64,000 nt of DNA from an uncultured delta proteobacterium. Its GTDB lineage: Bacteria > Desulfobacterota > RBG-13-43-22. Below, in pieces: positions 40,541 through 50,039 of this stretch (position 1 is its first letter; every line of letters starts with the position of its first letter). A program made the position numbers and the translations under genes. Where the stretch lies: assembly GCA_963790475.1 (NCBI GenBank), contig CAWBOS010000010.1:544001-608000 (forward strand). Reading direction: 5' to 3'. The notes below the pieces were generated by a model. That model did no database searches, was not told the origin of the DNA, and saw only the letters and a program-made list of their open reading frames with translations.

Positions 40541-41295
40541 TCCTGCTTCTGGGAGGAACCAGCGAATCCGTTTTTCTGGCCTCTCATCTGGCCGGGCAGG
40601 GATATCCGGTACTGGTTTCAACGGCCACGGACACCCCCATGGACATCAGAAAGCATCCCTTGATATCCCGGAGAAATGGTGACCTGAATGAAGAGGAATT
40701 GATCCATCTTGTCCGTTCTCAGAATATCCGGGCCATTATTGATACCACCCATCCCTACGCCGAAAAAATCAGCGTCCTGGCCCAAAAGACGGCCCAGGCC
40801 CTGGCTATTCCCTATTTTTTATGGGACCGTCCGGCAGTGGTCCCCAGGGATCAAGGTTTTTTATTCGCCAAGGATCATGAACAAGCGGCTGGCCTGGCTT
40901 TTTCCATTAACCAGCCGGTATTGCTGACCACCGGGTCCCGCAATTTGAGGCCTTATGTTGAACAGAGCCTACAAACCCGTATCCCCTTTTGGGTCCGGGT
41001 ACTTCCCCAGGTCAGTTCTTTGGAGGCCTGTCGTCTGGCAGGGATTCAGGAGGATCGTATCCTGACCGGGCGTGGACCATTTTCCGTTGAAGATAATAAA
41101 GCGGTAATCAAAAAATATTCCATAGGGGTCCTGGTTACCAAGGACAGTGGCTTTCCTGGCGGTGTCTTGGAGAAATTAGAGGCTGCCCGACAGGAAAATT
41201 GTCAGGTAGTGGTCATTGAACGGCCCACTGACCCGCCGGGAAAAAAATTTCAACGGATTGAGGATTTGTTGGCAGCGTTGAATCAGAGAATTTAA
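40537..41295 (+). CDS. cbiJ: Cobalt-precorrin-6A reductase
   Basis: LLGGTSE, DTTHPYA, TTGSRNL, RVLP, GPFS, VTKDSG..GG. Confidence 0.93.
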   Translation: MILLLGGTSESVFLASHLAGQGYPVLVSTATDTPMDIRKHPLISRRNGDLNEEELIHLVRSQNIRAIIDTTHPYAEKISVLAQKTAQALAIPYFLWDRPAVVPRDQGFLFAKDHEQAAGLAFSINQPVLLTTGSRNLRPYVEQSLQTRIPFWVRVLPQVSSLEACRLAGIQEDRILTGRGPFSVEDNKAVIKKYSIGVLVTKDSGFPGGVLEKLEAARQENCQVVVIERPTDPPGKKFQRIEDLLAALNQRI

Positions 41296-41384
41296 GTTCG
41301 GAGTTCGGAGAAAAAAGATCAAACCAACGATAGTAACAATCTCGTAAATAATCACAAAAGCCCCTTTTCGTCATTCCGGGGTCG

Positions 41385-41526
41385 GAGGCTGTGTCGTAAT
41401 TACTTAAAGCGTCATCAAAGTCGTCATACCGGCGAAAGCCGGTATCCAGAACTTATTTGAAATACTATATTCCGTGTCGCGCTTCGCTTGCACGGAATGA
41501 CATAAATGTAATTGTGACACGGTTTC
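41385..41526. mobile_element. 142-bp MITE, family A (inverted relative to the 19558 copy), nested in a degenerate family-B element (~41335-41602)
   Basis: Reverse complement aligns end to end with 19558..19699; flanks TCG/TTG. Confidence 0.85.
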
Positions 41527-41629
41527 TTGCCCCGGCTTTGCCCCCGGATCAAGTCCGGGGCGGGCTTGGTGACGGCGGAAGGGATTTTTTTATGAAACCA
41601 TCAATACCGGCAAATTCTGAGGTTTTTGG

Positions 41630-42592
41630 GTGAGGGCCTATCAATTCGCGTTGGCCTATTTGATGGATCTGGCCTTGGGCGATCCTAAATACTTCCCCCA
41701 TCCTGTTAGGGGGATCGGATTTTTAATCCGAGTTTTTGAAAAGATTTTGCGATGGCCCTCTTCCCGGCCTTCCTGGGAAAAGGCGTCGGGGTGTCTTCTG
41801 GCCCTTGGATTGCCGGTGGGAATTTTTTTAATCACTTACTGGCTGATCGGGTGGATAAGACTAGTTCACCCCTGGGCTCAATCCCTGCTCATTATAATTC
41901 TGGCTTATACTACCCTGGCCACCCGCTCCCTTCATCAGGAAGCTTCACAAGTGGTCCGGGCCCTGAAAGAAGGCCGGACCTCCGAGGCCCGAAAAAAGTT
42001 AAGCCGCATCGTCGGTCGTGATACCGAATATCTGACCTATCCGGAGATCCTCAAAACGGTATTGGAGACCCTGGCGGAGAACCTTTCCGACGGGGTGATC
42101 GCCCCTTTGTTTTATCTCCTCTTAGGAGGGGTGCCTCTGGCCATGGCCTTTAAGACGGTCAACACCCTTGATTCCATGGTGGGGTATAAAGACAGCCGTT
42201 ATCTTCATTTCGGCTGGGCCTCGGCACGAATGGACGATCTTTTTAATTTCATCCCGGCTCGAATAACCGGTTTCCTGATTTGCCTCCTGGCCTGGCCTCT
42301 CGGGCTTTCATTCGAACAGGCCTGGCGCATCCGCCGGCGGGACGGCGGCAAATCCGAGAGTCCGAACGCCGCCATCCCTGAAGCGGCTTTGGCCGGGGCC
42401 TTACAGATCCAATTGGGGGGGCCGGCCTATTATGATGGGGAAAGGTATGACAAGCCCTTTTTGGGTGATGATCTTGCTGAAATTACCCTGGCGGAATATA
42501 AAAAAACGGTGATGATTATTTACGGTTCATCGCTGGTAATGGCTTTATCGGTTTTTGTCCTGCGACTCCTCTGGGATTGGGAAACCAAGTAA
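41630..42592 (+). CDS. cbiB: Adenosylcobinamide-phosphate synthase
   Basis: GDP...HPV, IVGRDT, ETLAENLSDGVIAP, NTLDSMVGY, DD..NFIPAR, SPNA. Confidence 0.95.
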   Translation: MRAYQFALAYLMDLALGDPKYFPHPVRGIGFLIRVFEKILRWPSSRPSWEKASGCLLALGLPVGIFLITYWLIGWIRLVHPWAQSLLIIILAYTTLATRSLHQEASQVVRALKEGRTSEARKKLSRIVGRDTEYLTYPEILKTVLETLAENLSDGVIAPLFYLLLGGVPLAMAFKTVNTLDSMVGYKDSRYLHFGWASARMDDLFNFIPARITGFLICLLAWPLGLSFEQAWRIRRRDGGKSESPNAAIPEAALAGALQIQLGGPAYYDGERYDKPFLGDDLAEITLAEYKKTVMIIYGSSLVMALSVFVLRLLWDWETK

Positions 42593-42669
42593 GGTTATGC
42601 AACTTAACACCAATCCCTCAACGATGATTATATACGACCTTAAACTACTAAAGAGGGAGGCCGATCCGT

Positions 42670-42873
42670 CTACGCAGCAGCCCGCGCCGCGATTAATTCC
42701 TCGATCTCCTGGCCGAACTCCGAAAAGTTCAAAATGGTAAACCCGGTGATCTCACCGGTTACCGGGTCGAAGCGGATCAGCAAGTCCTCTCCCGAGTCAA
42801 GTGTCTCACTCGCCTGGGGCTCTCCAAAGGAAACGTAAAGGACATCTGCTTCTTTATCATAGGATGTATTCAC
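42670..42873 (-). CDS. DUF2283 family protein (often a TA-associated antitoxin-like gene)
   Basis: YDKEADVLYV...GEITGFTI motif. Confidence 0.8.
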   Translation of the reverse strand: MNTSYDKEADVLYVSFGEPQASETLDSGEDLLIRFDPVTGEITGFTILNFSEFGQEIEELIAARAAA

Positions 42874-43177
42874 GCTCTTTCCCTGGGTGTTCAGGCTATC
42901 GCTTTCTATCGAGCCACCGTGATGATAAGGGCCAATGCGACGTCAACAAGTTATTCTATAGTTTTCTATATAACTTCTCTCCCTAAAGGTTCCCTTGGGG
43001 AGAGAAACCCTGGCCATTAGTCTGTTTTGGTTGAATTATAGTTTGCCGATCCCTTGAGATATTTTGTAACCTATTATAAAAGATAAACATTATTTGACAA
43101 ATGAATTTTATCGCTTGAAATTTGAGTCGTGTATATTCTTCAAATTGACATCATATACAGAATAAGAAGGGTTCTTC

Positions 43178-43306
43178 CTGCCGGCGATCCCAGTTGCCCT
43201 ACAAGCCCAATTTGAAGAATATTTGAGAAATAAGGCAATTTCCACTAACTGCAAGGGGAATATAAAAAAGGAGAGCCTGCCCCGATTTATAAGTAAATTG
43301 CAAGAG
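43178..43306 (+). pseudogene. Fragment resembling the N-terminal extension of deltaproteobacterial integron integrases
   Basis: LPAIPVALQAQFEEYLRNKAI..LQGEYKK|KESLPRFISKLQE; assignment from recalled family resemblance only. Confidence 0.5.
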
Positions 43307-43405
43307 GGTTATGGGGTCAATTCTTTACATATTGAAAATTGCCAATGTCGATGGGCATGGTATATCCCAATTTAAGTGGGGCAGAGCCGACCCAAAATCA
43401 GAAAA

Positions 43406-43774
43406 CTAAGGAATAAGGATTACCCTTTCCAGGCCTTTGAAATGGGCGTCACTGGTTATTAAATCGGCGTTTTTCTCTACGGCCGTGGCATAAACCATGG
43501 CATCGGCCATGGGCAAGGCATATTTCAGGCTAAGGTCGGCAGCCAAAAGGGCAATGCTTTCCTCTAAAGGAACGATGGAGGTTCTTTTCATCAGGGATAC
43601 GGCCAGCAAGGCTTCTTCTTCGGTTTTTTCCTTTTTAATTTTTTTATAAACTTCATAGACCACAACCGTAGGGGTAACGATCCCGGAAAGGTCCTTCAAG
43701 TAGCCGGCATATTTCAAGGCCCGGGGGCCTTGACCGAAAAACTCTATCCACCCCGAGGAATCGAGCAGGATCAT
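43406..43774 (-). CDS. vapC: VapC-family PIN-domain toxin
   Basis: LLDSSGWIE, YEV, LPMADA, TSDAHF acidic PIN motifs. Confidence 0.92.
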   Translation of the reverse strand: MILLDSSGWIEFFGQGPRALKYAGYLKDLSGIVTPTVVVYEVYKKIKKEKTEEEALLAVSLMKRTSIVPLEESIALLAADLSLKYALPMADAMVYATAVEKNADLITSDAHFKGLERVILIP

Positions 43775-43980
43775 GAGCGGTCCCGATCTTCCCGAAGGCC
43801 CTCGGTGTTTAGCCCTTTTAAAAACCCCTTAAAGAAATCCAAGGGTTTTTCCGGGATCATGTGGACCACCCCCCCCTTAACCACCACCACCATTTTTTGC
43901 CCGCTTTTCAGGTGGAGCTTTTCTCTGACCTCTTTAGGTATGACCACTTGATATTTTGGAGAAATAGTCGTGATTCCCAT
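43771..43980 (-). CDS. AbrB/MazE-type antitoxin (VapB)
   Basis: ISPKYQVVIPKEVRE.L; ATGA overlap with the toxin. Confidence 0.9.
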   Translation of the reverse strand: MGITTISPKYQVVIPKEVREKLHLKSGQKMVVVVKGGVVHMIPEKPLDFFKGFLKGLNTEGLREDRDRS

Positions 43981-44301
43981 TTTTATACCCCTTTTTTGAT
44001 TATCGATGAATAAATCGTAAAACAATAGCGGGGTTTTGTCAATAATTTTCATACCCAAGGATGATGGGTCGCTTCTTTTACATTTACAAATGAAAAATGA
44101 GCTTTGACTGATTAAGGAGTCGGACCAGGCAAACCCTAAGGCAACCAGGCAGAGGGGTAGAGTTGGTTCTAAGTTGCATTACTAATGGTAAAGTGAGATG
44201 AAAAAATTAAGTTCTGGTTTGGACAGCTCGGCCCGGGCCGTCCATTGAAATTGTTGGTTAAAAGATTGAAAATTTTTCATATTGATGATATGGCTTTTCA
44301 T

Positions 44302-44536
44302 ATGAAGACGACCTTTAATATCGATGACAGTCTTATGGCCCGTTTACGGCACGAATCCACTCGTCAGGGGGAGACCATCACCAAGTTGGTGGAAAGCGCC
44401 CTGTGTTTACTGCTCAAACAGGAAAAATCCAAAAACAAAAAAAACTCTGCAGGAACTGCCCTCCTTCGATGGGGGAATTCCCAGGGTGAATATCGCTAAC
44501 CGGGAGGCTCTTTACGACCAGATGGAAGGGACCTGA
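44302..44536 (+). pseudogene. RHH-type VapB-like antitoxin, frameshifted in a poly-A run
   Basis: MKTTFNIDDSLMARLR...LVESAL + ELPSFDGG.PRVNIANREALYDQME. Confidence 0.7.
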
Positions 44537-44622
44537 TGTCCGGAGCATGTCTGTTGTCGCGAGTTGATTCGAAAATGGCACAGCCAAGTCCCTCCATGTA
44601 CATTACCTGGCAGACTCAATGA
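44537..44622 (+). pseudogene. Short remnant of the cognate PIN toxin
   Basis: CPEHVCCRELIRKWHSQVPP|YITWQ resembles the segment after the DTN motif of TA-system PIN toxins. Confidence 0.45.
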
Positions 44623-44639
44623 AATAAACAAGGTGAATC

Positions 44640-45713
44640 ATGGAACGTCTTATCCGCAAAAAGTCCCTGGAGGAATTGGTCGGGCAGCTTTTTATGGTTG
44701 GGTTCGAAGGGACCCGGTTCAATAGCGACCTTTCTTTCTTTCTGAAGAAATTGCATGTCGGCGGGATCATCCTTTTCAAAAGAAATGTCCAGGACCCCTT
44801 TCAACTGGCTGACCTGAGCCGGGAATTGCAGGAAAAGGCCCTGGAGTACTCTTCCGTCCCTCTATTGATAGCCATTGACCAGGAAGGGGGCACGGTTGCG
44901 CGTTTGGGACCACCTTTTACCCAGTTTGAATCCCAGTCGGCTATGGCTTCCTCAGATGATCCCGAAGGGAAAATCCGTCATTTTGCTCAGACCGAAGCCC
45001 GGGAGCTGAAGCTGGTGGGTATCAACATGAATTTGACCCCGGTCCTGGATGTCAATTCCCGCGGTCCGGAAGGAATAATGGCTTCCCGGTCTTACGGTTC
45101 TGATCCTCTTGAGGTGGCAGGGCTTGGGGCCTTATGCATCCGCGAATTCCAGCAGGCCGGAATTATTGCCTGCGCCAAACATTTTCCCGGTATCGGCGAT
45201 ACCGATCTGGACTCCCACCAGGACCTGCCTATCCAACAGAAGGACAAAACGGAACTGGAAAAGGTGGAACTGGTACCCTTTCGGGAAGCCATCAAAATTC
45301 CACCCGGGGCGGTTATGATCTCTCATATCCGATATCCGGCCTATGATCTTAAACACCCGGCCAGTCTTTCCGGGGCGATCATTACCGGACTCCTGCGCCA
45401 GACATTGGGGTATGATGGTCTGGTCATAACCGATGACCTGGAGATGGGGGCGATTGGCAGGCATTATGACATTGAAGAGGCCCTGCTTTTGGCCTTTACC
45501 GCCGGTGTCGATTGTTTGATGATCTGTCATAACCCGGAAAAAATCGAAAAGGGGTATTTCTATCTGTTAAATAAAATCAAAAAAGGGGTCATTCCTGAAG
45601 ATCGGTTTAGGCAAAGTCTTATGCGTATTCTGACCTTGAAACAGAAATTTCTTAAATCTTTCTTGCCTGAGCCTGAAAAAGAAATTAAGGAATATTTTTT
45701 AGCCAGGAGATAA
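44640..45713 (+). CDS. nagZ: Beta-N-acetylhexosaminidase (GH3)
   Basis: IDQEGG.V.R, KHFPGIG.T..DSH, ITDDLEMGA. Confidence 0.92.
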   Translation: MERLIRKKSLEELVGQLFMVGFEGTRFNSDLSFFLKKLHVGGIILFKRNVQDPFQLADLSRELQEKALEYSSVPLLIAIDQEGGTVARLGPPFTQFESQSAMASSDDPEGKIRHFAQTEARELKLVGINMNLTPVLDVNSRGPEGIMASRSYGSDPLEVAGLGALCIREFQQAGIIACAKHFPGIGDTDLDSHQDLPIQQKDKTELEKVELVPFREAIKIPPGAVMISHIRYPAYDLKHPASLSGAIITGLLRQTLGYDGLVITDDLEMGAIGRHYDIEEALLLAFTAGVDCLMICHNPEKIEKGYFYLLNKIKKGVIPEDRFRQSLMRILTLKQKFLKSFLPEPEKEIKEYFLARR

Positions 45714-45762
45714 AAAGAAGAAGACCAGTCAGATATCTCCTAGAAAAGCGGAACAGATTAGG

Positions 45763-47931
45763 TTGACAGCTCATAAAGATCGAATAACAAGCCCGGAGCA
45801 AGAAAAAGAAAAGCTCAAACAGGAATTGGCCGCCTCTCGTAAAAAGGCAGCGCAATACTTGAAGTTGATTGAAAAAGCATTCGATATTATTTATGAAACT
45901 GATGCCAATGGACAATTCACTTTTGTTAATCGGGTTACCCAAAAGATAACCGGATTTTCCAGAAAAAACCTTATCGGCCGCCATTACCTGGATTTTGTTT
46001 CTCCGGATTACCGGGATGAAGCGGCCCGGATTTATGGAAAACAATTTGTATATAAGATCCGAAATACCTATTTCGAACTTCCTTTGATCGCCCGGACCGG
46101 AGAAAAACTCTGGCTGGGTCAGCATGTTCAGTTATTGGTGCGCGGGAATAAAGCGACCGGATTTCAAGCCATTGCCAGAGATATTACCCAGCAAAAACAG
46201 ATTGAAGAGGATCTGAAAAAATATCAGGAACAACTTGAGACCATAGTTGAAAACCGGACGATCGACCTGAAAAAGAAAAATGAAGCATTGAACCAGGAAA
46301 TTTCCGAGCGAAAACAGGCCGAAGCGGCTTTGCGGGAGAGTGAGGAAAAATATCGGACTATTCTTGAAACTATTGAAGACGGATATTATGAGGTGGATCT
46401 GACCGGCAGTCTGACTTTTTTCAACGATGCCATGACCCGGATCAATGGCTATTCACGGGCTGAAATGCAGGGCATGAACTACCGGCAATATACAGATCCG
46501 CTGAATGCTAAAATATTATTTGGAGAATTCAACCGAATTTATCGGACAGGAAAACCTTCCAAGGGTATCCAATATGAAGTGATTACCAAAAAGGGCGAAA
46601 GGAGAAGCCTGGAAACTTCCGTTTCTTTAATCAAAGACCCTTCCGGAAAACCGATCGGATTCAGGGGCATTTCACGGGATATTACAGAATTGAAGCGGGC
46701 CGAAGAGGCCTTACGGAAGGCCCATTCCAAGATGGCCTTGTTAATCAATTCCATTTCCTCCATCCTTGTTGCCGTTTCCGACGATAACCGGATCATCTTC
46801 TGGAATACCGAAGCTGAGAAGCAATTTGGAATCCCGGAGAAAGAGGTCCTTGGGAAACCTCTGATGGAGGTGAACATTCCCTGGGATGGGGACCATATCA
46901 TGCGGGGAATACTAGTCTGCCGCGCGGAAAACACATCGGTCTGGCTGGATAATATAAAGTTCCGTCAGCTCAACGGGAAAGAGGGTACCCTGGGAATCAA
47001 GATCGACCCTGTTTTTGGAGAGAAATCTTTGGAGATGGAGACCCTGATTCAGGGGGCCAATATCACCCAGCGCCGTATCATGGAGAGCCAGTTGGCTCAG
47101 GCCCGGAAATTGGAATCCATCGGTCAGTTGGCTGCCGGTATCGCCCATGAAATCAACACCCCGATCCAATATATCGGGGATAATGTCTATTTCCTGAAAA
47201 ATTCCTTTGAAGATTTAACTCAAGTTTTTTTAAAATATGGGAACTTAAGGGAGGCGATCAGAGCTGGGATGCCTGGTGTCCGAGAGGTCGACGAGGTGGA
47301 GAAGGTTATTCAGGAGACTAAGTTGGATTACCTGACCCAGGAGATTCCCAAGGCCATACAACAGACCCTGGAAGGGGTGGAACGGGTCAGTCGGATCGTC
47401 CAATCCATTAAGGCCTTTGCCCATCCGGGAAAAGAGAAGAAGGTCGATGTTGATATCAATAAGGCCATTGAAACCAACATAATGGTGGCTCGTAACGAAT
47501 GGAAGTATGTTGCTGAACTGGTCACTGATTTGGATACTTCCTTGCCCCCGGTGTCCTGTGTCTCGGGCGATATGAACCAGGTTATTCTTAATTTACTGGT
47601 CAATGCCGCTCAGGCTGTTTCCGAAGTAGTGGGTGGCGGCGCCGACGAGAAGGGTCGTATCTCAATATCCACCCGCCAGGATGACTCGTGGGTGGAGATT
47701 CGGATCAGCGATACCGGCAGGGGGATTCCTGTTGAAATTCAACCGAAAATTTTTGATCCTTTTTTCACGACGAAAGAGGCGGGAAAAGGAAGCGGCCAGG
47801 GACTGGCCATTGTCTATACGGCTATCGTGGATCGGCACCAGGGTTCTATAACTTTTGAAACCAAGATCGGCCAGGGGACTACTTTCATAGTCCGCTTACC
47901 TATAAAGGACCCGATGGCGGATGGAGATTGA
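45763..47931 (+). CDS. Multi-PAS sensor histidine kinase, no adjacent response regulator
   Basis: Three PAS-like repeats; GQLAAGIAHEINTP, NLLVNA, DTG.GI, FDPFFTTK, GSGQGL. Confidence 0.93.
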   Translation: MTAHKDRITSPEQEKEKLKQELAASRKKAAQYLKLIEKAFDIIYETDANGQFTFVNRVTQKITGFSRKNLIGRHYLDFVSPDYRDEAARIYGKQFVYKIRNTYFELPLIARTGEKLWLGQHVQLLVRGNKATGFQAIARDITQQKQIEEDLKKYQEQLETIVENRTIDLKKKNEALNQEISERKQAEAALRESEEKYRTILETIEDGYYEVDLTGSLTFFNDAMTRINGYSRAEMQGMNYRQYTDPLNAKILFGEFNRIYRTGKPSKGIQYEVITKKGERRSLETSVSLIKDPSGKPIGFRGISRDITELKRAEEALRKAHSKMALLINSISSILVAVSDDNRIIFWNTEAEKQFGIPEKEVLGKPLMEVNIPWDGDHIMRGILVCRAENTSVWLDNIKFRQLNGKEGTLGIKIDPVFGEKSLEMETLIQGANITQRRIMESQLAQARKLESIGQLAAGIAHEINTPIQYIGDNVYFLKNSFEDLTQVFLKYGNLREAIRAGMPGVREVDEVEKVIQETKLDYLTQEIPKAIQQTLEGVERVSRIVQSIKAFAHPGKEKKVDVDINKAIETNIMVARNEWKYVAELVTDLDTSLPPVSCVSGDMNQVILNLLVNAAQAVSEVVGGGADEKGRISISTRQDDSWVEIRISDTGRGIPVEIQPKIFDPFFTTKEAGKGSGQGLAIVYTAIVDRHQGSITFETKIGQGTTFIVRLPIKDPMADGD

Positions 47932-47999
47932 GGAAAGGAGATTTTCTTCCCGAAGTCCCGCATTGGATCTCCATTGCTCATTCCCGGTCTAAACAGGAT

Positions 48000-48972
48000 T
48001 CATTCCGCCATTGTTAAACCCCTTTGCAGGTCCGGGGGCAATTCAACACTACAGGTTATTTGTTCTCTGGTAATCGGATGGGGCAGAGAAAGGTGGCCGG
48101 CGTGGAGGAAAAATCGGGTTAAAGGCAAACCTAATTTTCTGGCCGCCTTTTGATCCATAAAGGGTATCCCCAACCACAGGGTGGCCCTGAAAAGAAAGGT
48201 GGGCTCGAATCTGATGGGTAACCCCGGTTATCAGTTGGGCCTCAACCAGGGTATAATCTTTAAATACTTTTATCGGATGGACCCGGGTTATGGCCTTATA
48301 AGCCCGACCGCGCCGTGTGTCCCCGGGGGTACGAATGCCCTTCATTTTTCTTTCATCGGCCGGATCATGGGCCAGGGGCAGGGAAATCGTCGTAGGTTTT
48401 GGAAAAGCCCCTTCAACCAGGGCCTGGTAGGTTTTCTTCCATCTCCCGGCTCCCAGGTCTTTTTTGAGTTGCAACCAGGTCGACTGCTCCAGGGCAACGG
48501 CCAGCAAACCTGATGTTCCCGTATCTAAGCGGTGAACCAGGCCGGGTTCCAGAGGTTTGTTTCCAACCCCGATTATTCTCGGCCAGTGGGAGACCAGGGC
48601 ATTGGCCATGGTCCCCGTTTCAAACGGACTTAGAGGGTGGGTAGGCATCAACCCGGGCTTTTCAACAATCAAGAGGGACTGATCTTCAAAAATGACGGAC
48701 GGCCGGGGACCCTGATCGGGAACCGGGTAGGGACTCAGCGGACCGGGGATCTCAATTTCCAAGCGATCCCCCGGTGAGACCCTGAATCCTTTGGCCACCG
48801 GGCGGCCGTTGACCCGAACGGCCTTTTTTGAAAAAAGTTCTCCCCTGATCCGGCGGGAAAGAAGAGGCAGTTTCTGATTTATCAGAATATCCACCCGAAT
48901 GGTTCCGGGCAGGTCTACTGGGACCTGCCATTGGAACCGTTCGGGCGGACAGACATTAATTGGCGTACCCAA
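48000..48972 (-). CDS. RluA/RluD-family pseudouridine synthase; +1 frameshift near 48135
   Basis: S4-like N-terminus, KPG, HRLDTGTSG, TGVTHQIRAH, GD.LYG; FLHA..HP tail in the alternative frame ending at 48000. Confidence 0.88.
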
Positions 48973-49264
48973 AGGTTAAGTGCCGAGGAGGTCAAGTTAG
49001 TTAGGAAGGTTTTTTATGCCGTTCAGGCGAGAGTTTCGGGAAACATCCTTTTTGCCCAGGTTCTGAGTCAAACTCAAATTTTAATCCTTAAAATAGACCT
49101 CTATTCCAGTAGTTAAAGTTTTCGTTTTACTTAACCTTGACCAAAATCGAATATTCTTCAAAACTCTCTTCCTATGACCCTGTCATAAGCAAAAGATGTT
49201 TTAGGGAAAAAGGTTTCCGGCTCTAAAAATTAACAAATGGTTATAACCTGAAGCTTTAAGGGCC

Positions 49265-49459
49265 TCATCGATTATAGAGATTAGCCTTTCTTTTTCGGCG
49301 GGCGGCTTCCCGCTGTTTTCGTTTTTTCTTCACGCTTGGCTTTTCATAGAACTCCCGCTGTTTGAGTTCTTTCTTCAGGCCATCCATCTGCATTTTTTTC
49401 CGTAACAGCTTTATGCCCGCCTCAATGTTGTTGTCTTTGACAAACACATTGATGGACAT
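49265..49459 (-). CDS. rpsU: 30S ribosomal protein S21
   Basis: EFYEKPSVKKKRK motif, 64 aa, basic. Confidence 0.95.
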   Translation of the reverse strand: MSINVFVKDNNIEAGIKLLRKKMQMDGLKKELKQREFYEKPSVKKKRKQREAARRKRKANLYNR

Positions 49460-49537
49460 TCTTTATAACACCCCTTTCTAATGGGAATATATGAATATAT
49501 CGCTTCATAATAAAATTATGAGTAAAATAAAAGAATT

Positions 49538-49566
49538 TTTATAACAAAAAAAATAAAATATGTCAA
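49538..49566 (-). promoter_or_regulatory. Putative sigma70 promoter of rpsU
   Basis: TTGACA-17 bp-TATAAA with extended TG. Confidence 0.6.
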
Positions 49567-50039
49567 TCTATTTTTAATAACCACTTGTAATTTTGTCTCT
49601 ATTTTCGGTCGATCCGGAAGGATTTATTAAAGAAGGTCAAGTTTTATCCGGAATTTAGAAAAATATGGATCAATGAGACCCTAAGGGGGCTCCCGGAAAC
49701 CATTAGCGCTTAAGGCGAACTTCTATACAAGAAAAAGACATCATGATCGAAGAAACCATAAGCGGTTGACATTCAACAACTAATTTAAAATACAATAAAA
49801 TTAAAATAAAGGACTGCCTATCTGTTTAAAAAAAAACCTCCCTGATGCTTGGCTTTTCTGATATCGGCGAGGACATCGAGCCCTGGAAATAAAAAAAATT
49901 CAATTATACCGGATTGAAACCATCAAAACTCATTGACTCTTTTTTTTTTCATTCTATAAGAAGGCGGTATTTCCAGCCGGATTTTTTATTTCTAAAACGG
50001 AAATAATTCATCAATTTTTTATATGGTGAGGAGCGAGCA

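Noticed and set aside
44128-44158. GGCAAACCCTAAGGCAAC resembling the start of a c-di-GMP-I (GEMM) riboswitch
   Set aside because: The complementary arm and the GACGCAAAGC segment are absent; at most a fragment.
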